Below are positions 62,180 through 64,000 of a stretch of 64,000 nt of DNA, one piece after another. Both the position numbers and the translations under genes were made by a program. Source of the stretch: the human T2T-CHM13v2.0 reference genome, Homo sapiens; assembly GCF_009914755.1 (NCBI RefSeq), contig NC_060929.1. One strand, written 5' to 3'. Positions within the stretch are counted from its first letter, which is position 1. The number at the start of each line of letters is the position of its first letter. The notes beneath the pieces are model-generated. The model saw nothing but the letters and a program-made list of their open reading frames with translations. It did not search any database and was not told the origin of the DNA.

Positions 62180-62400
62180 GAAAATAATAATGACTAAACA
62201 TATTGAGTGATTCCTGTGTGCCACATACTGTGGTAAGCTATTATATGCATTGAATCTTTTAATGATCCTAGCAACCTGTGAGGTAAGTACTTTTCTCATC
62301 CTCCTGTTTTAGAGATACAGAAGTAGAGGTCCTGAAAGTTACTTTTCTCAAGGTTATAGACCTGGTAGACCCTACTTAAAACTTCCATGCTCTACTGCTG
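62180..62400 (-). mobile_element. MIR
   Basis: CATATTGAGTG...TGTGCCA...GCAACCTGTGAGGTAAGTAC. Confidence 0.75.
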
Positions 62401-62564
62401 TGGAAGTTAATAGAAGGTTCGTCTGTTGAAGGCAGGACTTTTTTCCTATCAGCATATGCCTTTTCTAGGAACACTCTACAGCTCATCCAAGACAATGGAG
62501 TCCTGAGGAGAAAGGCAAAAGCAGCAACCTCTCCCCTTGCCTAATACCATTGTCACAGGAGTAT

Positions 62565-62835
62565 GAGGAGGCAGTGGTGTGCAGTGGTTTAGTGCCTGTC
62601 TTTCGAGTCAGTGGAAACTGGACTAGACCTGCTCTGTTGCTTATTAGCTAACTGATTTGGGACAGGTTGCTCAGATTTCTCTGTGCCTCAACTCCTTCAT
62701 GTATAAGCTGCAGAAACCTACTATATACCTTAATGTGGCTCCTGCGAGGACTGAATGCTATAAGATGGTGATTCTAAATTGGTGGCACACTGCCTGGTCC
62801 ATAGTAAGAACTCAACAAATGGTAGCTATTACTAG
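62565..62835 (+). mobile_element. MIR
   Basis: GGCAGTGGTGTGCAGTGGTTTAG...TCTCTGTGCCTCA...ATGGTAGCTATTA. Confidence 0.75.
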
Positions 62836-63257
62836 TTAGTTGGAAATAGAGTATTCTCCCACCAATTTCCATTTTATGGCCACTTTTAATTTACCACTAA
62901 TTACCTTTTGATGGCGTTGGCATACAGCATTTAATTGACTGAAAAATTCCATTAATACTTCATAATGAAGTACACAAATTATATGGGGAAAATATTGTGG
63001 TGGTGTTCTAAAGGAAGGCCTACTTTTTCCTTCTTCAAATATCTAAAATTGTGAGGATGACTGTATCTCAATAACTTGGTAACTGTCAACAGTTTAATGT
63101 GAATGGGACCATTAGGCTCCTCATGAGTGAGCAATACAGTCATTTTGCAGTCTTACCTCTTTGTGTACTCCATCAAGGAAAGTGCTGTACTCTTAGTCAT
63201 GTCCCTCTCTCCACCACCGCCATTACCATGTCCATCAAATCCTATCCCTGGGGTAAT

Positions 63258-63561
<304 letters not shown>

Positions 63562-64000
63562 ACTAAGGTAATTTTTGGATTTGTGTCTTTGCTCAGCCAC
63601 CAGCATTACTCTTAGGATGAGAGTGTTAGCACTCCTGGTAGGTACTCATGTCCCATCCTGTGAACCTTAGTCACATTGCTGGTTCAGCACACTTGGTGAA
63701 ATGGTGACAACTGTTGAGACTTCTTTGTGGACACTTTCCACCGTCTTTAATCCTCTTCATCAACATGCTGCCTCTACCAGTGTCCTGAATGATGTCCTCA
63801 ACTATATGTCACTAGCTGCCTTCTCTCTTCCCCTGGCCTGCCTTGAAAAAAAGGTTAAAAAAAAAAAAATTGTGCTCAGAGCCACTTACGGATTGTCAGT
63901 TCTTCTTTCTCAATGATCTTCAGTGACCCAAAGTCCCTGTGTCGAGGCCTTGAACCCATGCCATGGGCATTAACATTTCTTCTTACAAGGCTGAAGGGAA

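Overview
Primate (human-like) non-coding genomic DNA, AT-rich and dense in interspersed repeats: about 30 Alu/FAM/FRAM copies, old L1/L2/MIR fragments, ERV1/ERVL/MaLR LTRs and several DNA transposons (a hAT element of the MER33/Charlie5 type, Charlie1a-like, full-length Tigger1, MER2, MER5, MER47, MER58, MER63). I find no credible protein-coding exon, tRNA, rRNA or CRISPR array; the ORFs I can assign are Alu, LTR or microsatellite read-throughs or decayed transposase pieces, and the rest look like short chance ORFs. Repeat family names come from recalled consensus sequences and were not checked by a search; boundaries without a TSD are approximate. Most notable: (1) a solo HERV-H LTR7 whose 51-bp U3 repeat is expanded to six copies, facing a repeat-poor block with four octamer motifs; (2) two strong fold-back structures in apparently unique DNA (32942-33036, 57916-58077); (3) deep transposon nesting, a twin-primed L1 inversion and a collapsed provirus with a tRNA-Lys PBS. 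I cannot support a claim of a wholly new biological system from sequence alone.
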